Shown: positions 20,201 to 31,508 of the stretch, piece by piece
Numbering within the stretch: position 1 is the stretch's first letter
Layout: every line of letters starts with the position of its first letter
DNA from: Thermoanaerobaculia bacterium
GTDB lineage: Bacteria; Acidobacteriota; Thermoanaerobaculia; Multivoradales; Multivoraceae
Direction of reading: 5' to 3'
Assembly: GCA_963664405.1 (NCBI GenBank)
Contig: OY761158.1
Location: 6,656,001-6,720,000, forward strand
Length of the DNA stretch: 64,000 nt
The notes under the pieces: generated by a model
Told to the model about the DNA's origin: nothing
Database searches by the model: none
The model's input: only the letters and a program-made list of their open reading frames with translations
Made by a program: the position numbers and the translations under genes

Positions 20201-21736
20201 CTAGTTCTGCCCTTCAGGAGGATCGATAGCCGCCGGCTTTGGCTCTTGCGACCCCTCCGTCGCATCGTCGCCGTCTCCGGCCTCCGGCGCCTCGCCGTCC
20301 GCCGGCGCTTCGCCGCTCTCACTTTCTTGAAAGGCTTTGCTGAGAGCCGCCATGAAGTCGGAGTCTCCCATCGGTGAAGATTCGGCATCCGCGGACGGTG
20401 CCTCCACTTCCGCTTCCTCTTTCTCTTCGAGCTTGGCCTGCTCCTGGCCGGCCCACTCCTGCAGCGCGGCAACCGTCGAAGGGCCGACGCTCTCAACCTC
20501 TTGCAGCTCGCTCGGCGTTGCTTCGAGCAAGCGGTCGAGGCTATCGAAGCCCGCAGCCTGCAAGTGAGACGCGGTCTCTTCACTGATGCCGGGTACCGTG
20601 GAAAGCTCGAAGGTGGGTGTCTCTTCGTCGCCCAACGAGGTTTGCAGCATCCGCGCCAAGGCGCCGGCGACCTCGTCCTTGACGTCGGTCTCGCTCTTGA
20701 CGTCGATCTTGCTCTTCAGCAGCTCAGCAGCCAGACGTACGTTCTGGCCTCTTTTTCCGATCGCCAGAGAGAGTTGCTCGTCTTCGACGATCACGTCGAG
20801 GTGCGGAACGTCTCCGACGTGGGTAACGGAGACCCGGGTGATTTTGGCGGGAGCCAAGGCGCTCTGGGCGAAGGTGACGAGGTCGTCGCTGTATTCGATG
20901 ATGTCGATCTTTTCGCCGCGTAGCTCGCGGATGATCGACTGAACTCGCGAGCCCTTCATCCCTACGCACGCTCCGACCGGGTCAACGTCCCGCTCGCGAC
21001 TGAAAACAGCGACCTTCGCGCGCTCTCCGGGAGCTCGCACCGCGGTTCGGATCACCACGGTACCGTCGTAGATCTCGGGTACCTCCATCTCGAAGAGCTT
21101 GACCAGCAGCCGGGGGTCGGTCCGAGACAGAACGATCTGGGGGCCCTTGGGCTGGGTGTGGACCTCGATGATCACGCCACGGATGCGCTCGCCCTGGCTG
21201 TAACGCTCGTGCCGCGACTGCTCGCCCCTCGGCACCACGGCTTCCACCCCTCCGAGGTCGATGATGATGTCGCCGCGCTCGAAGCGTCGCACGGTGCCAT
21301 TGAGCACGTCTCCGACCTTCTCTTCGTATTCCTTGAAGATCTTTTCTCGCTCAGCCTCGCGGATACGCTGGTAGAGCACCTGCTTTGCCGACTGAGCGGC
21401 GATGCGGCCTAGGCCTTCGGTCGAGATCGGGAGGTGTATCTCCTCTCCGACGGTGGCGTCGGTCTTATGATCCTTGGCCTCTTCGAGGCTCCACTCGGCT
21501 AGCGGATCTTCGACCTCTTCAACAACCTGCTTAACGATGAAAGCCTCGAAGTTGCCGGTCTGCAGGTCGAGGATGCTACGAACGGGCTCCTTGATGCGGT
21601 GCTGCTTTTTTGCCGCCGAAGCCATCGCGTCTTCTAGCGCGGAGACCCACCGAGTCATATCGATGTCCTTTTCGTGGGCGACCTGCCGTAAGACTTCGGC
21701 GAGATCCAGCTCTTGTGTTTGCGTTGCCATCGCCAT
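20201..21736 (-). CDS. nusA: transcription termination/antitermination factor NusA with acidic C-terminal extension
   Basis: GRIAAQSAKQV, EVPEIYDG, DPVGACVGMKGSRV and SLAIGKRGQNVRLA. Start could be 21739, 21736 or 21730. Confidence 0.97.
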   Translation of the reverse strand: MAMATQTQELDLAEVLRQVAHEKDIDMTRWVSALEDAMASAAKKQHRIKEPVRSILDLQTGNFEAFIVKQVVEEVEDPLAEWSLEEAKDHKTDATVGEEIHLPISTEGLGRIAAQSAKQVLYQRIREAEREKIFKEYEEKVGDVLNGTVRRFERGDIIIDLGGVEAVVPRGEQSRHERYSQGERIRGVIIEVHTQPKGPQIVLSRTDPRLLVKLFEMEVPEIYDGTVVIRTAVRAPGERAKVAVFSRERDVDPVGACVGMKGSRVQSIIRELRGEKIDIIEYSDDLVTFAQSALAPAKITRVSVTHVGDVPHLDVIVEDEQLSLAIGKRGQNVRLAAELLKSKIDVKSETDVKDEVAGALARMLQTSLGDEETPTFELSTVPGISEETASHLQAAGFDSLDRLLEATPSELQEVESVGPSTVAALQEWAGQEQAKLEEKEEAEVEAPSADAESSPMGDSDFMAALSKAFQESESGEAPADGEAPEAGDGDDATEGSQEPKPAAIDPPEGQN

Positions 21737-21742
21737 CACTTC

Positions 21743-22210
21743 CTATATGTCGATCTCCAACCGAGCGGCTTCAACCGCGGTGAGGGGTAGGCATGTGGTC
21801 AGCTGGCTTTCTCGCTCACGAATGGCCACTGAGCCTCCAGCTCGCTCGGTATCAAAGTCCCCCAGAGTGCCAACTACGGTCTTAAGGTCCCCGGTGGCCG
21901 AGTCACGAAAAGTGACGCGGACCAGCTCGCCACGGAATCTCCGATAGTCATTTGGTCCGTATAACTTGCGGTCGAGCCCCGGAGAGCTCACCTCGAGCAC
22001 ATAGCTCGTCGAGTCGGTGTCCTCGAGGTCGAGGATGAGTGAGGCCTGTCTAGAGAAGCTCTCGCAGTGTTCGAGGGTCACTCCGTCTGGATGATCGAGA
22101 GTCAAACGGAGAGTACCGCCCTTGAGCTCGACCTCGAGCAACTCGCAGCCCTCCGCCGACGCGATCTTCGCTAGCTCTTCCTCAGTCTTCTGATCCACTT
22201 GCGATGCCAT
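21743..22210 (-). CDS. rimP: ribosome maturation factor RimP
   Basis: GVTLEHCE...YVLEVSSPGLDRKL; first gene of the nusA-infB operon. Confidence 0.94.
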   Translation of the reverse strand: MASQVDQKTEEELAKIASAEGCELLEVELKGGTLRLTLDHPDGVTLEHCESFSRQASLILDLEDTDSTSYVLEVSSPGLDRKLYGPNDYRRFRGELVRVTFRDSATGDLKTVVGTLGDFDTERAGGSVAIRERESQLTTCLPLTAVEAARLEIDI

Positions 22211-22234
22211 AAGTTCAGATACTCTTTCCACCAA

Positions 22235-22261
22235 CAAAAAAGCGGGCACGAAGCCCACTTC
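22235..22261 (-). promoter_or_regulatory. rimP-leader hairpin (intrinsic terminator/attenuator-like)
   Basis: Minus strand reads AAGTGGGC-TTCGT-GCCCGCTT-TTTTG about 25 nt upstream of the rimP ATG. Confidence 0.75.
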
Positions 22262-22446
22262 TCAGACGTGCGACACGCGGGCGTCGACGAGGTTCCCCAT
22301 CGACCGCGAGAGTATAGGTGAAGACGGCCCCTCCTTCAAGGTCTGCGAGCCCTGCCGAGGCTCGGTCATGGCGCACCAGGAGCGGCCAAATTGGCATCTT
22401 TGGAGCGCCCTCGCACCGGCGGTCCAGGTGCGCGGCGCTTGCATTG

Positions 22447-22462
22447 TGGCAGGGCATTTGCA
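22447..22462 (+). promoter_or_regulatory. putative sigma-54 (-24/-12) promoter upstream of degP
   Basis: TGGCAGGGCATTTGCA has exact GG-N10-GC spacing and closely matches TGGCAC-N5-TTGCW. Confidence 0.7.
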
Positions 22463-22526
22463 ACGCTCTCTACTCAGACGGGCGGATCCGCCTTGGATTT
22501 CGGATCTCTAGAAAGGATCATCTTTG

Positions 22527-24014
22527 ATGAAGACGAACCGCGGTCACTTCTTCCTGACGCTTTTACTCGCGTTTGCAGCCGTCATCTTCGGCATGGTGTT
22601 GGCCGGGGGTAGTCGGCTCACCCCTTCAGGGTTCTCTGCTCCGGGTCCTCAGCGCGTTTCTGCACCTGCCGCAGCCAACGTTCCCCTTCCTAGCTTCGCC
22701 GATCTCGCCGAGGCTGTGCTGCCGGCAGTCGTCACTGTACAGGTGAAGTCGATTCAGACCGGCGCCCAGCGGCGCACGCCGTTCGAGTTCTTCTTCGGAC
22801 CGCAAGGCCAGGGCGGGGAAGAGCCTGAGCGAGAGTTTCGTTCCGAGGGTACCGGTAGCGGTTTCGTGATTTCGAGTGACGGCTGGATCGTGACTAACAA
22901 TCATGTCGTCGAAGACGCCACCACTGTGGAGGTGGTCCTCGACGATCGCGAATACGCCGCCGAAGTGAAGGGAAGAGACCCGGCAACGGATCTCGCACTA
23001 CTCAAGGTAGATATCGATCGCGATCTCCCCTACCTCGGCCTAGCTCAGACCGACGAGTTACGAGTGGGAGATTGGGTGATGGCGGTGGGGAGTCCGCTCC
23101 TGCTCAGCCAGTCGGTGACCGTGGGAGTGGTCAGCGCAAAGGGCCGCAGTAACTTGAATATCACCGACAGCTCGTTCGAGAATTTCATCCAGACCGATGC
23201 GGCGATCAATCGGGGTAACTCGGGTGGCCCGCTGGTGAACCTCAGAGGAGAAGTCGTAGGCATCAACACGGCGATGAACTTTGGCGCCGAGAATGTCGGT
23301 TTTGCAGTGCCGGTCAGCACACTGAACGGGGTCCTGGATCAGCTCCAGTCGACCGGTCATGTGCGCCGTGGCTATCTAGGTGTGAACATCACCAACCTCG
23401 ATCACGACTCGGCCGAGGCTTTTGGTGTCGACTCGACCGATGGTGCTCTGGTGCAAGAAGTGGTAGCCAATAGCCCCGCTCAGGAGGCCGGCCTGCGTAA
23501 CGGCGACATCATTACCCGCGTCGACGGGCAGTCCATCCGGAACACACGCCAGCTCATCGACTACATCGCGGCGAAGCCGCCGGACTCGAAGGTCCAGGTC
23601 GACGTCCTGCGTGGGGGACGGTCTCAGGAGCGGACGATCACTCTTGGAGAACGCGAGGGAGCTACGGTCGCAGAGGCTGACAGCGAGCCCGAAGAGAGCG
23701 AGATGGAGTGGCTGGGCCTGCAATATCAGGACCTGACATCCGATCTGCGCCGGCAGACAGGGATCCCTCGCAGTATCAGCGGCGTATTTATTTCTGATGT
23801 CGCCGCTTCGAGTCCGCTCATCGACGAGGCCGTACGCCCCGGAAATGTCATCGTCGAGGTCAACGGAGAGGATGTTGGCAACCTGGATGAATTCGAAGAG
23901 CTGGTGGAGACGGTCGAGCCCGGTGGCTTTCTCCGTCTTTACGTTCGCCGATTCAGAGGCGGCGGTAGCGAACAGGGCTTCTTCGCGATTGTTCGAGTAC
24001 CGGTGCGTGAGTGA
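22527..24014 (+). CDS. degP: Do/DegP (HtrA) family serine endopeptidase with two PDZ domains
   Basis: N-terminal signal/anchor; TNNHVV, DLALLK, QTDAAINRGNSGGPL; RGYLGV and WLGL PDZ motifs. Confidence 0.93.
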   Translation: MKTNRGHFFLTLLLAFAAVIFGMVLAGGSRLTPSGFSAPGPQRVSAPAAANVPLPSFADLAEAVLPAVVTVQVKSIQTGAQRRTPFEFFFGPQGQGGEEPEREFRSEGTGSGFVISSDGWIVTNNHVVEDATTVEVVLDDREYAAEVKGRDPATDLALLKVDIDRDLPYLGLAQTDELRVGDWVMAVGSPLLLSQSVTVGVVSAKGRSNLNITDSSFENFIQTDAAINRGNSGGPLVNLRGEVVGINTAMNFGAENVGFAVPVSTLNGVLDQLQSTGHVRRGYLGVNITNLDHDSAEAFGVDSTDGALVQEVVANSPAQEAGLRNGDIITRVDGQSIRNTRQLIDYIAAKPPDSKVQVDVLRGGRSQERTITLGEREGATVAEADSEPEESEMEWLGLQYQDLTSDLRRQTGIPRSISGVFISDVAASSPLIDEAVRPGNVIVEVNGEDVGNLDEFEELVETVEPGGFLRLYVRRFRGGGSEQGFFAIVRVPVRE

Positions 24015-24067
24015 CGGGGCCTCGATCTCGAGAGTGCTTTCGTGATGGATCACGCTAGACTTGTGTC

Positions 24068-25476
24068 GTGACGACAGGCTTAGGAGCGAAGCCGCGGGCA
24101 GAGACTAAGGGCTCGGTTCTCGTCGTGGATGACGAGCAGGCGATTCGAGAGAGCTTGCGGATGGTCCTCGAGTACGAGGGCTACAGAGTCGACGAGGCCT
24201 CCTCGGGCCGCGAGGCGCTGGCCAAACTGGCCGAGCGACCGGGCCAGGCGGTGCTATTGGACATCAAGATGCCCGAGATGGACGGTCTCTCGGTGCTGAG
24301 TGCTCTGCGCGAGCGCGGCTACGAGATGCCGGTTCTCATGATCAGCGGCCACGGTGACATCGCAACCGCGGTCGAGGCGACTCGCCGCGGGGCTTTCGAC
24401 TTTCTCGAGAAGCCGCTCCAGCGTGAGCGAATGCTCGTGGCTCTGCGCAACGCGGTCGAGAGCAGTCGTCTGAAGCGCGAGAATCAGAACTTTCGATCCC
24501 AGCCAGAAGAGTTGATCGGAGATTCGACGGCGATGCGGGCGCTGCGGGCCACCATAGCCAAAGCGGCGCCGACGACCGCCACCGTACTGGTGACGGGCGA
24601 GAGCGGCACTGGCAAGGAGTTGATTGCGGGCGCTCTTCACCGACAGAGTCAGCGCCAAGGGGGCCCTCTCATCCAAGTCAACTGTGCCGCCATCCCCGAT
24701 GAGCTCATCGAGTCGGAGCTCTTCGGACATGAGAAGGGGAGCTTCACCGGGGCGGTGCGCAAGCAGATAGGGAAGTTTGTCGCCGCCGACGGGGGCACAA
24801 TCTTTCTCGACGAGATCGGAGACATGTCTGCGCGCACCCAGGCCAAGGTGCTGCGGGTTCTGGAAGACGGCGAAGTGGAGCCGGTTGGAGCCGCCGGTTC
24901 GGTTCGAGTGGATGTGCGTGTGCTGGCCGCGACGCATCGGGACCTTCTTGGCGAGATCGAGGAGGGTCGATTCCGCGAAGACCTCTACTATCGGCTCAAT
25001 GTGATCCCGGTGATCTCGCCGCCATTACGAGACCGGCTCGAAGACGTGCCGATGCTCGTCAAGCACTTCGTGGGGCGCTTTGGCGGCAACAACGGGTACC
25101 GCCCGAAGAGTTTCGACGCCGGCGCGCTTGCACAACTCAAGAGCCTTCCCTGGAAGGGGAATGTGCGTGAACTGAAGAATCTGGTCGAACGGCTGCTTAT
25201 TCTCGGCTCCGGAGACACGATCTCTAAAGAGGACGTGCTCGCCAGCTATGGAGGCGCCGAGCTCGAGCTCTCAGGGAGCCTGACCGGTGTAGCGACCCTA
25301 AGAGAGTTCCGCGAGGTCTCGGAGCGACTCTTCCTCCTCGATAAGCTGCGCGATCAGGGCTGGAACGTAACCCGGACAGCCCAGGTGATCGACACGCCGC
25401 GGAGCAATCTCTACAAGAAGATGGAGCAGTACAACATCCGTCGAGAAGGTTCCGAGAAGCAGAAAGGGGAGTCAGG

Positions 25477-25480
<4 letters not shown>
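24068..25480 (+). CDS. sigma-54-dependent response regulator (NtrC/NtrX family)
   Basis: Receiver domain (VVDDE, DIKMP, EKP), [38 protein letters not shown] and C-terminal HTH. Confidence 0.94.
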
Positions 25481-27210
<1,730 letters not shown>

Positions 27211-27236
27211 AGGGACCGAAACGAGGAAACGCGGGT

Positions 27237-28085
27237 CTAGTGCCCAGGGCGGCGGCAGATCACCGCGGTGTCACCCTTCTCGGCGAGCTCTTTCTCGAAG
27301 TGGCTGACGATCAGGTCGCGGCGCGACACTAAGGCTCGAATCTCTGGCTTCCGGAGCACATCCTCCAATCTGGCGGTCAACGACTCTACTGTCAGCGTCC
27401 TCAGAGCTTCGAAGACCCTGGCGTCGATCCTGGCGTTGGCGATCTCACCCGGCGACCTCAGTTTTTTATCGACTCGAAATGCCCGAGTGAAGTCGATCAG
27501 CACGATCTGCCATTCGGTGGTGATCAACAGATTTCCCAGGTTGGCGTCGGTGTTGTAGATCAGCTCGTTGAAGATTCTGGCCTGCTGCATCTGGTCGTTC
27601 CACTCACTCGGACTCGGAGGCTCGATCCTCTTCTCGTATCTCTCTCGCTCCATCATCAGAACGTCGTCGGCCCACCAGGTGAGGGCGCCGTCGGTACCGT
27701 CGACTTTGCGCTTCACCGAAACCGGAATCATCCCGAGATTCAGCATCCGGTCGAGGCGGTAGGCGGCGATGTTGTATCTGTAGCTATCGCGGAAGTTGAG
27801 CTCTGTCCCTCTCTCGCCCCGAAAGGAGGCCTTGTGGACGTCGATGACCTGGAGGCTGGCATCGTGAGTGATTCGCCCGTCGGACAGAGTGAGACGCCGA
27901 GTTTCGGTAATGCCTGTGGGGACGTGGGTCGACTTGATGATCTTCGCTTCGCGCAGGAAGGTCTCGGTCTCTTCGTCTGAGAGAACCGCCTGGACTGGAG
28001 ATGCTCTCGCCTGCGCTCGAGCGGGCGGAGACGTGACAGCGCCCAGGACGAATAGAGAGCAGCCGGCGATCCAAACCTTGTTCAT
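27237..28085 (-). CDS. secreted protein with atypical kinase-like (PI3/4K / Fam20 / CotH-like) motifs
   Basis: Signal peptide MNKVWIAGCSLFVLGAVTSPPARA; AAYRLDRMLNLGMIP, LIYNTDANLGNLL and LIDFTRAF. Confidence 0.65.
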   Translation of the reverse strand: MNKVWIAGCSLFVLGAVTSPPARAQARASPVQAVLSDEETETFLREAKIIKSTHVPTGITETRRLTLSDGRITHDASLQVIDVHKASFRGERGTELNFRDSYRYNIAAYRLDRMLNLGMIPVSVKRKVDGTDGALTWWADDVLMMERERYEKRIEPPSPSEWNDQMQQARIFNELIYNTDANLGNLLITTEWQIVLIDFTRAFRVDKKLRSPGEIANARIDARVFEALRTLTVESLTARLEDVLRKPEIRALVSRRDLIVSHFEKELAEKGDTAVICRRPGH

Positions 28086-28134
28086 CGGATGTGCCCTTCG
28101 CTGTTGAGGGGTCGATTGTAACCCGCGGCCTTGC

Positions 28135-28803
28135 TTAGGGCCGCTCACTCCCTTGAATAGCCGCCTCCACTTCGGGCGAGAAGAGCGAGAGCACCGGCAG
28201 CGCGAAATGCCGTCGCAGCTCCTGACGTCGAATACGCTCTTTCGCCGCCGAGATCTCGTCGGGAGCAAAATTCTCGGTGAGGGGCTGCAGGCGGTCCGAG
28301 ACGCGTTGCTCGAGGGCTTCGGCCTGTTTTGTGTCGAGGTCGGCTTCGGCCTGTTTCACCATCGTCGCGTCGAGCTCGAGGAGACGGTTCTCGACGGTTT
28401 CGAGGCGCCCGCCATCGAAGGCGCGGATCGAGCCGGCCAAGGCCTCGCTTTTTGACCAACCCGACGGCAAACTGGAGGCGAGGGCATCGAGGCGCCGCTC
28501 GACATCGAAGCTTCCACCACTAGCTATCTCTGCGGGACCGCGAAGCTCTGTGATCTGTCGCCACGCCTTTTCGACTGCCGGGCGACAGTAGCGAAGGCCC
28601 GAGACTCGACCCTCCTGGCCGCGGGCACGACGGCCTTCGAAAATCTCTTCGAGAGCTGTGATCACGATCTCCAGTGGTATGCCGACCTCTCGCCATCGTT
28701 GCGCGATCCGCCAATCCGCCGGTGCCAGCAGCAGGGGAGCGCCGCGGAGCCGGATGAAAGCTCTCTCTAGCGCTTGGAAGTAGCGGAGCTCTTCGCTTTC
28801 CAC
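28135..28803 (-). CDS. hypothetical protein downstream of coaX
   Basis: 222-aa ORF 5 nt after the coaX stop, same strand, host-like codon usage. Confidence 0.75.
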   Translation of the reverse strand: MESEELRYFQALERAFIRLRGAPLLLAPADWRIAQRWREVGIPLEIVITALEEIFEGRRARGQEGRVSGLRYCRPAVEKAWRQITELRGPAEIASGGSFDVERRLDALASSLPSGWSKSEALAGSIRAFDGGRLETVENRLLELDATMVKQAEADLDTKQAEALEQRVSDRLQPLTENFAPDEISAAKERIRRQELRRHFALPVLSLFSPEVEAAIQGSERP

Positions 28804-28808
28804 TGTGG

Positions 28809-29603
28809 TCAGCCGAAGTTCAGCTGGCAGATCTGGCGGAGGCCGATCAGAGTCAAATTCGGATCAACCCGCTGGATGTGGCGGGAGCCGGAGGCGATCA
28901 TCTCGGACTCTCCACCGGTCGCGATTACAGGGCAGCCAGGGGGCAAGTCGGCGAGGAGCCGTTCGAGGATGCCGTCGATAAGGCCGATGTAGCCATAATA
29001 GAGACCTGCTTGAATCGCCTCGGAGGTGTTGCTGCCGAGGATCTTTTCGGGCTTGCGCACGTCGACCTTGTAAAGACGAGAGGCTCGAGCAAAGAGAGCC
29101 TCCGCCGAGATGCCGAGACCTGGGGTTATGACTCCGCCGATATAGGCGCCGTCGGTCGCGATCACGTCGAAGGTGATCGCGGTACCGAAGTCGACAGCAA
29201 TTACGGGGGCGCCGCAGAGTTGTCGAGCCGCGACTGCATTGACGATGCGATCCGCACCGACCTCGTCGGGGTTGGCGTAGCGCACCTCGATCCCGGTGTC
29301 GAGGCCAGGGCTCACGAAAACTGCCTGGGTGTTGAAATGGTCCGTCGCCAGGTGTTCCAAGTGCATATTGACCGGCGGAACGACCGAGGAGACCATGACC
29401 GCACCGACTTCGTCGGGGTCGACGCCGCGCCGGGAGAGTAGAGGCAGGAGCAGGGCGGCGTACTCGTCGGCCGTTCGCTGGCCCTCGGTTGAGATCCGGA
29501 AGTCTTGCACCAGATCGTTACCGCGGAAGATGCCGAAGACCGAGTTCGTGTTGCCGACATCGACGACCAGAATCAGCTTCTCGAGATGCGCGGTTGCGCT
29601 CAT
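28809..29603 (-). CDS. coaX: type III pantothenate kinase
   Basis: VDVGNTN, SSVVP, EVGADR, VDFGTA, PGLGIS and VIATGG. Confidence 0.95.
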   Translation of the reverse strand: MSATAHLEKLILVVDVGNTNSVFGIFRGNDLVQDFRISTEGQRTADEYAALLLPLLSRRGVDPDEVGAVMVSSVVPPVNMHLEHLATDHFNTQAVFVSPGLDTGIEVRYANPDEVGADRIVNAVAARQLCGAPVIAVDFGTAITFDVIATDGAYIGGVITPGLGISAEALFARASRLYKVDVRKPEKILGSNTSEAIQAGLYYGYIGLIDGILERLLADLPPGCPVIATGGESEMIASGSRHIQRVDPNLTLIGLRQICQLNFG

Positions 29604-30382
29604 TCGATCACCTCCCCGCTGGTTAAGAGACGCTCTTGACCCTGGATCTCGAGGCGTAGAAACCCATGCCCGTCAAACCCGAGGAAAGTGCCTTCGATCT
29701 CCTCTCCGGCGACCCGACACCGCAACGAGTCTCCCTGCCGGTGTGCCGTCAGCTCTTGATAACTGCGGTTGGCGTAGCTCTTGTCGCCGACGTGTACGAG
29801 CTCGGTAGAGACTCCGGCTACGAGCGAGCAGACGAAACGAGAAAGCGGCGGCGGGGCTTCGACCTCCAGCCGCAGGGATGTCGAGACCGCCGTTGGGAGC
29901 TGGGCGGCGGTATGGCCATGGTTGAGCCCGAGGCCGATGAGCGCCGCTACCGACCCTGAGGCGTTCGACACCGTCTCGATCAGTATGCCTCCGATCTTGC
30001 GGCCGCCGACGTGGATGTCGTTCGGCCATTTCAGCTCCGCTTCGCATGCCAACTCGGACCGCAGCGTTCGGGCGATACCGACGCCGGTGAGGAGGGGCAG
30101 GGTTTGGAGGTCATCCTCCGCGATCTCGCGGACTATGGTGAGGTAGGCACCGAGTCCCCGCTGGCTGATCCAAGACCTTCCTTGACGGCCTCTGCCGGCA
30201 GTTTGTTTGAGCGCGAGGACGGTTACCTCCGGACAGGCGCCGCCTTCTTGCTGGAACTCTTCGACCAGTCGCCGAGCGAACAAGTTAGTCGAGTCCAGCT
30301 CGGCGGCGAAGATCAAGCTGCCGAGCTTCGTTTGGCTCCAGTCAGCGTCGAGCTCCTCGACCAGCTGAGAGAACGTGCTCAC
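29600..30382 (-). CDS. birA: biotin--[acetyl-CoA-carboxylase] ligase (no HTH)
   Basis: DSTN, QTAGRGRQGRSW, LKWPND and KIGGILIE. Confidence 0.94.
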   Translation of the reverse strand: MSTFSQLVEELDADWSQTKLGSLIFAAELDSTNLFARRLVEEFQQEGGACPEVTVLALKQTAGRGRQGRSWISQRGLGAYLTIVREIAEDDLQTLPLLTGVGIARTLRSELACEAELKWPNDIHVGGRKIGGILIETVSNASGSVAALIGLGLNHGHTAAQLPTAVSTSLRLEVEAPPPLSRFVCSLVAGVSTELVHVGDKSYANRSYQELTAHRQGDSLRCRVAGEEIEGTFLGFDGHGFLRLEIQGQERLLTSGEVIE

Positions 30383-30987
30383 GGAGCTCCGTCCCCCGAG
30401 CCCAGAATCTTGCGCACCTCCTCCGTTACAGCTTCGGTCATTCTCTTCTCCAAAGCTTCGACGCCGCCCATTTCGGCGAGCACTCGGCGGGCGACGCGCT
30501 CGACCTCAAGCTCACTGAGAGTCGGGGCCGGGGCCGCTAGGGCTTCGTCGACGGCGGGTGGAGGCGGCGACTCGATGGCCGAGGCTGTTGGTGGAGGAGT
30601 AGGAGAGCTCGGCGACGCGGTCTGAGCGGGGCCAAGAATCTTCGCGACACGATCGAGGAGCTCCTTGTCCGCGAATGGTTTGCGGAGAATGTCGTCCGCT
30701 CCGCACTCGGCGGCTCTGTCCGGATCGCAGTGCTCGAAAGTGCCGACCAGGAGAATGGTCGGAAGGCCCGGATGCCGAGCCTTGGCCTCACGGCACACCG
30801 AAAATCCGTCCGTTCTCGCCATGTGGACGTCGACGATCAGCAGCGAGGGGCGCGTCTTTGCAAGCCAATCGAGGGCGGCTTGCCCATCCCCCAGAAGCTC
30901 GAGCTCCGAGCCTCGGCGGGCAAGTGCCGTGGCTGTCGCCTCTCGAGTTCGAAGGCTATCGTCGGCGACGAGGATCGTCTCGCTCAT
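30379..30987 (-). CDS. response regulator (receiver + Pro-rich linker + helical tail), RomR-like
   Basis: VADDSL, DVHM, LLVGTFE and GADDILRKPF; Pro-rich linker; no DNA-binding domain. Confidence 0.8.
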   Translation of the reverse strand: MSETILVADDSLRTREATATALARRGSELELLGDGQAALDWLAKTRPSLLIVDVHMARTDGFSVCREAKARHPGLPTILLVGTFEHCDPDRAAECGADDILRKPFADKELLDRVAKILGPAQTASPSSPTPPPTASAIESPPPPAVDEALAAPAPTLSELEVERVARRVLAEMGGVEALEKRMTEAVTEEVRKILGSGDGAP

Positions 30988-31022
30988 TCATTCGCTCCTC
31001 CACGACACCGGCTGGCCGACCG

Positions 31023-31436
31023 TCAAGATCCTGTGGCGAGACGTTCCTGCAGATAGGTGACGATTGTCTGGGTCGAGGTGCCCGGCAGAAAGATCTCGTC
31101 TACACCAGCCTCCTTCAGGCCGGCGGCGTCTCGGTCCGGGATGATGCCGCCGACGAAGACCAGGACATCGTCGGCACCCTCTTCGCGGAGTAGACGAGTG
31201 ATGTCCGGCAGCAGGCTGTTGTGGGCTCCGGAGAGGATGGAGATGCCGACCGCGTCCACGTCCTCTTGGACGGCGGCGGCCACAATCTGCGCCGGCGATT
31301 GGCGAAGCCCGGAGTAGATCACCTCGAATCCGGCATCGCGTAGCGAGCGCGCGACGATCTTAGCCCCGCGGTCATGACCGTCGAGGCCAGGCTTGGCAAT
31401 GAGGACCCGGTGCCGCTCTTGAGTTACATCGTCCAC
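31023..31436 (-). CDS. cobalamin-binding small subunit of acyl-CoA mutase
   Basis: [13 protein letters not shown] (DxHxxG), SILSGAH and GGIIP. GTG 31436 is preferred because the longer ORF overlaps comEC. Confidence 0.93.
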   Translation of the reverse strand: MDDVTQERHRVLIAKPGLDGHDRGAKIVARSLRDAGFEVIYSGLRQSPAQIVAAAVQEDVDAVGISILSGAHNSLLPDITRLLREEGADDVLVFVGGIIPDRDAAGLKEAGVDEIFLPGTSTQTIVTYLQERLATGS

Positions 31437-31508
31437 GGGCAGGAAACTATATCTCACGATTGCAGGAGTGATCGCCAGGTCTGGCGCCCTTTCTACGTCC
31501 TCAATGGC

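Noticed and set aside
22262-22520. tRNA or small ORFs upstream of rimP
   Set aside because: No T-loop or cloverleaf was found and the short ORFs lack an RBS or motifs; the region is better explained as divergent promoters.
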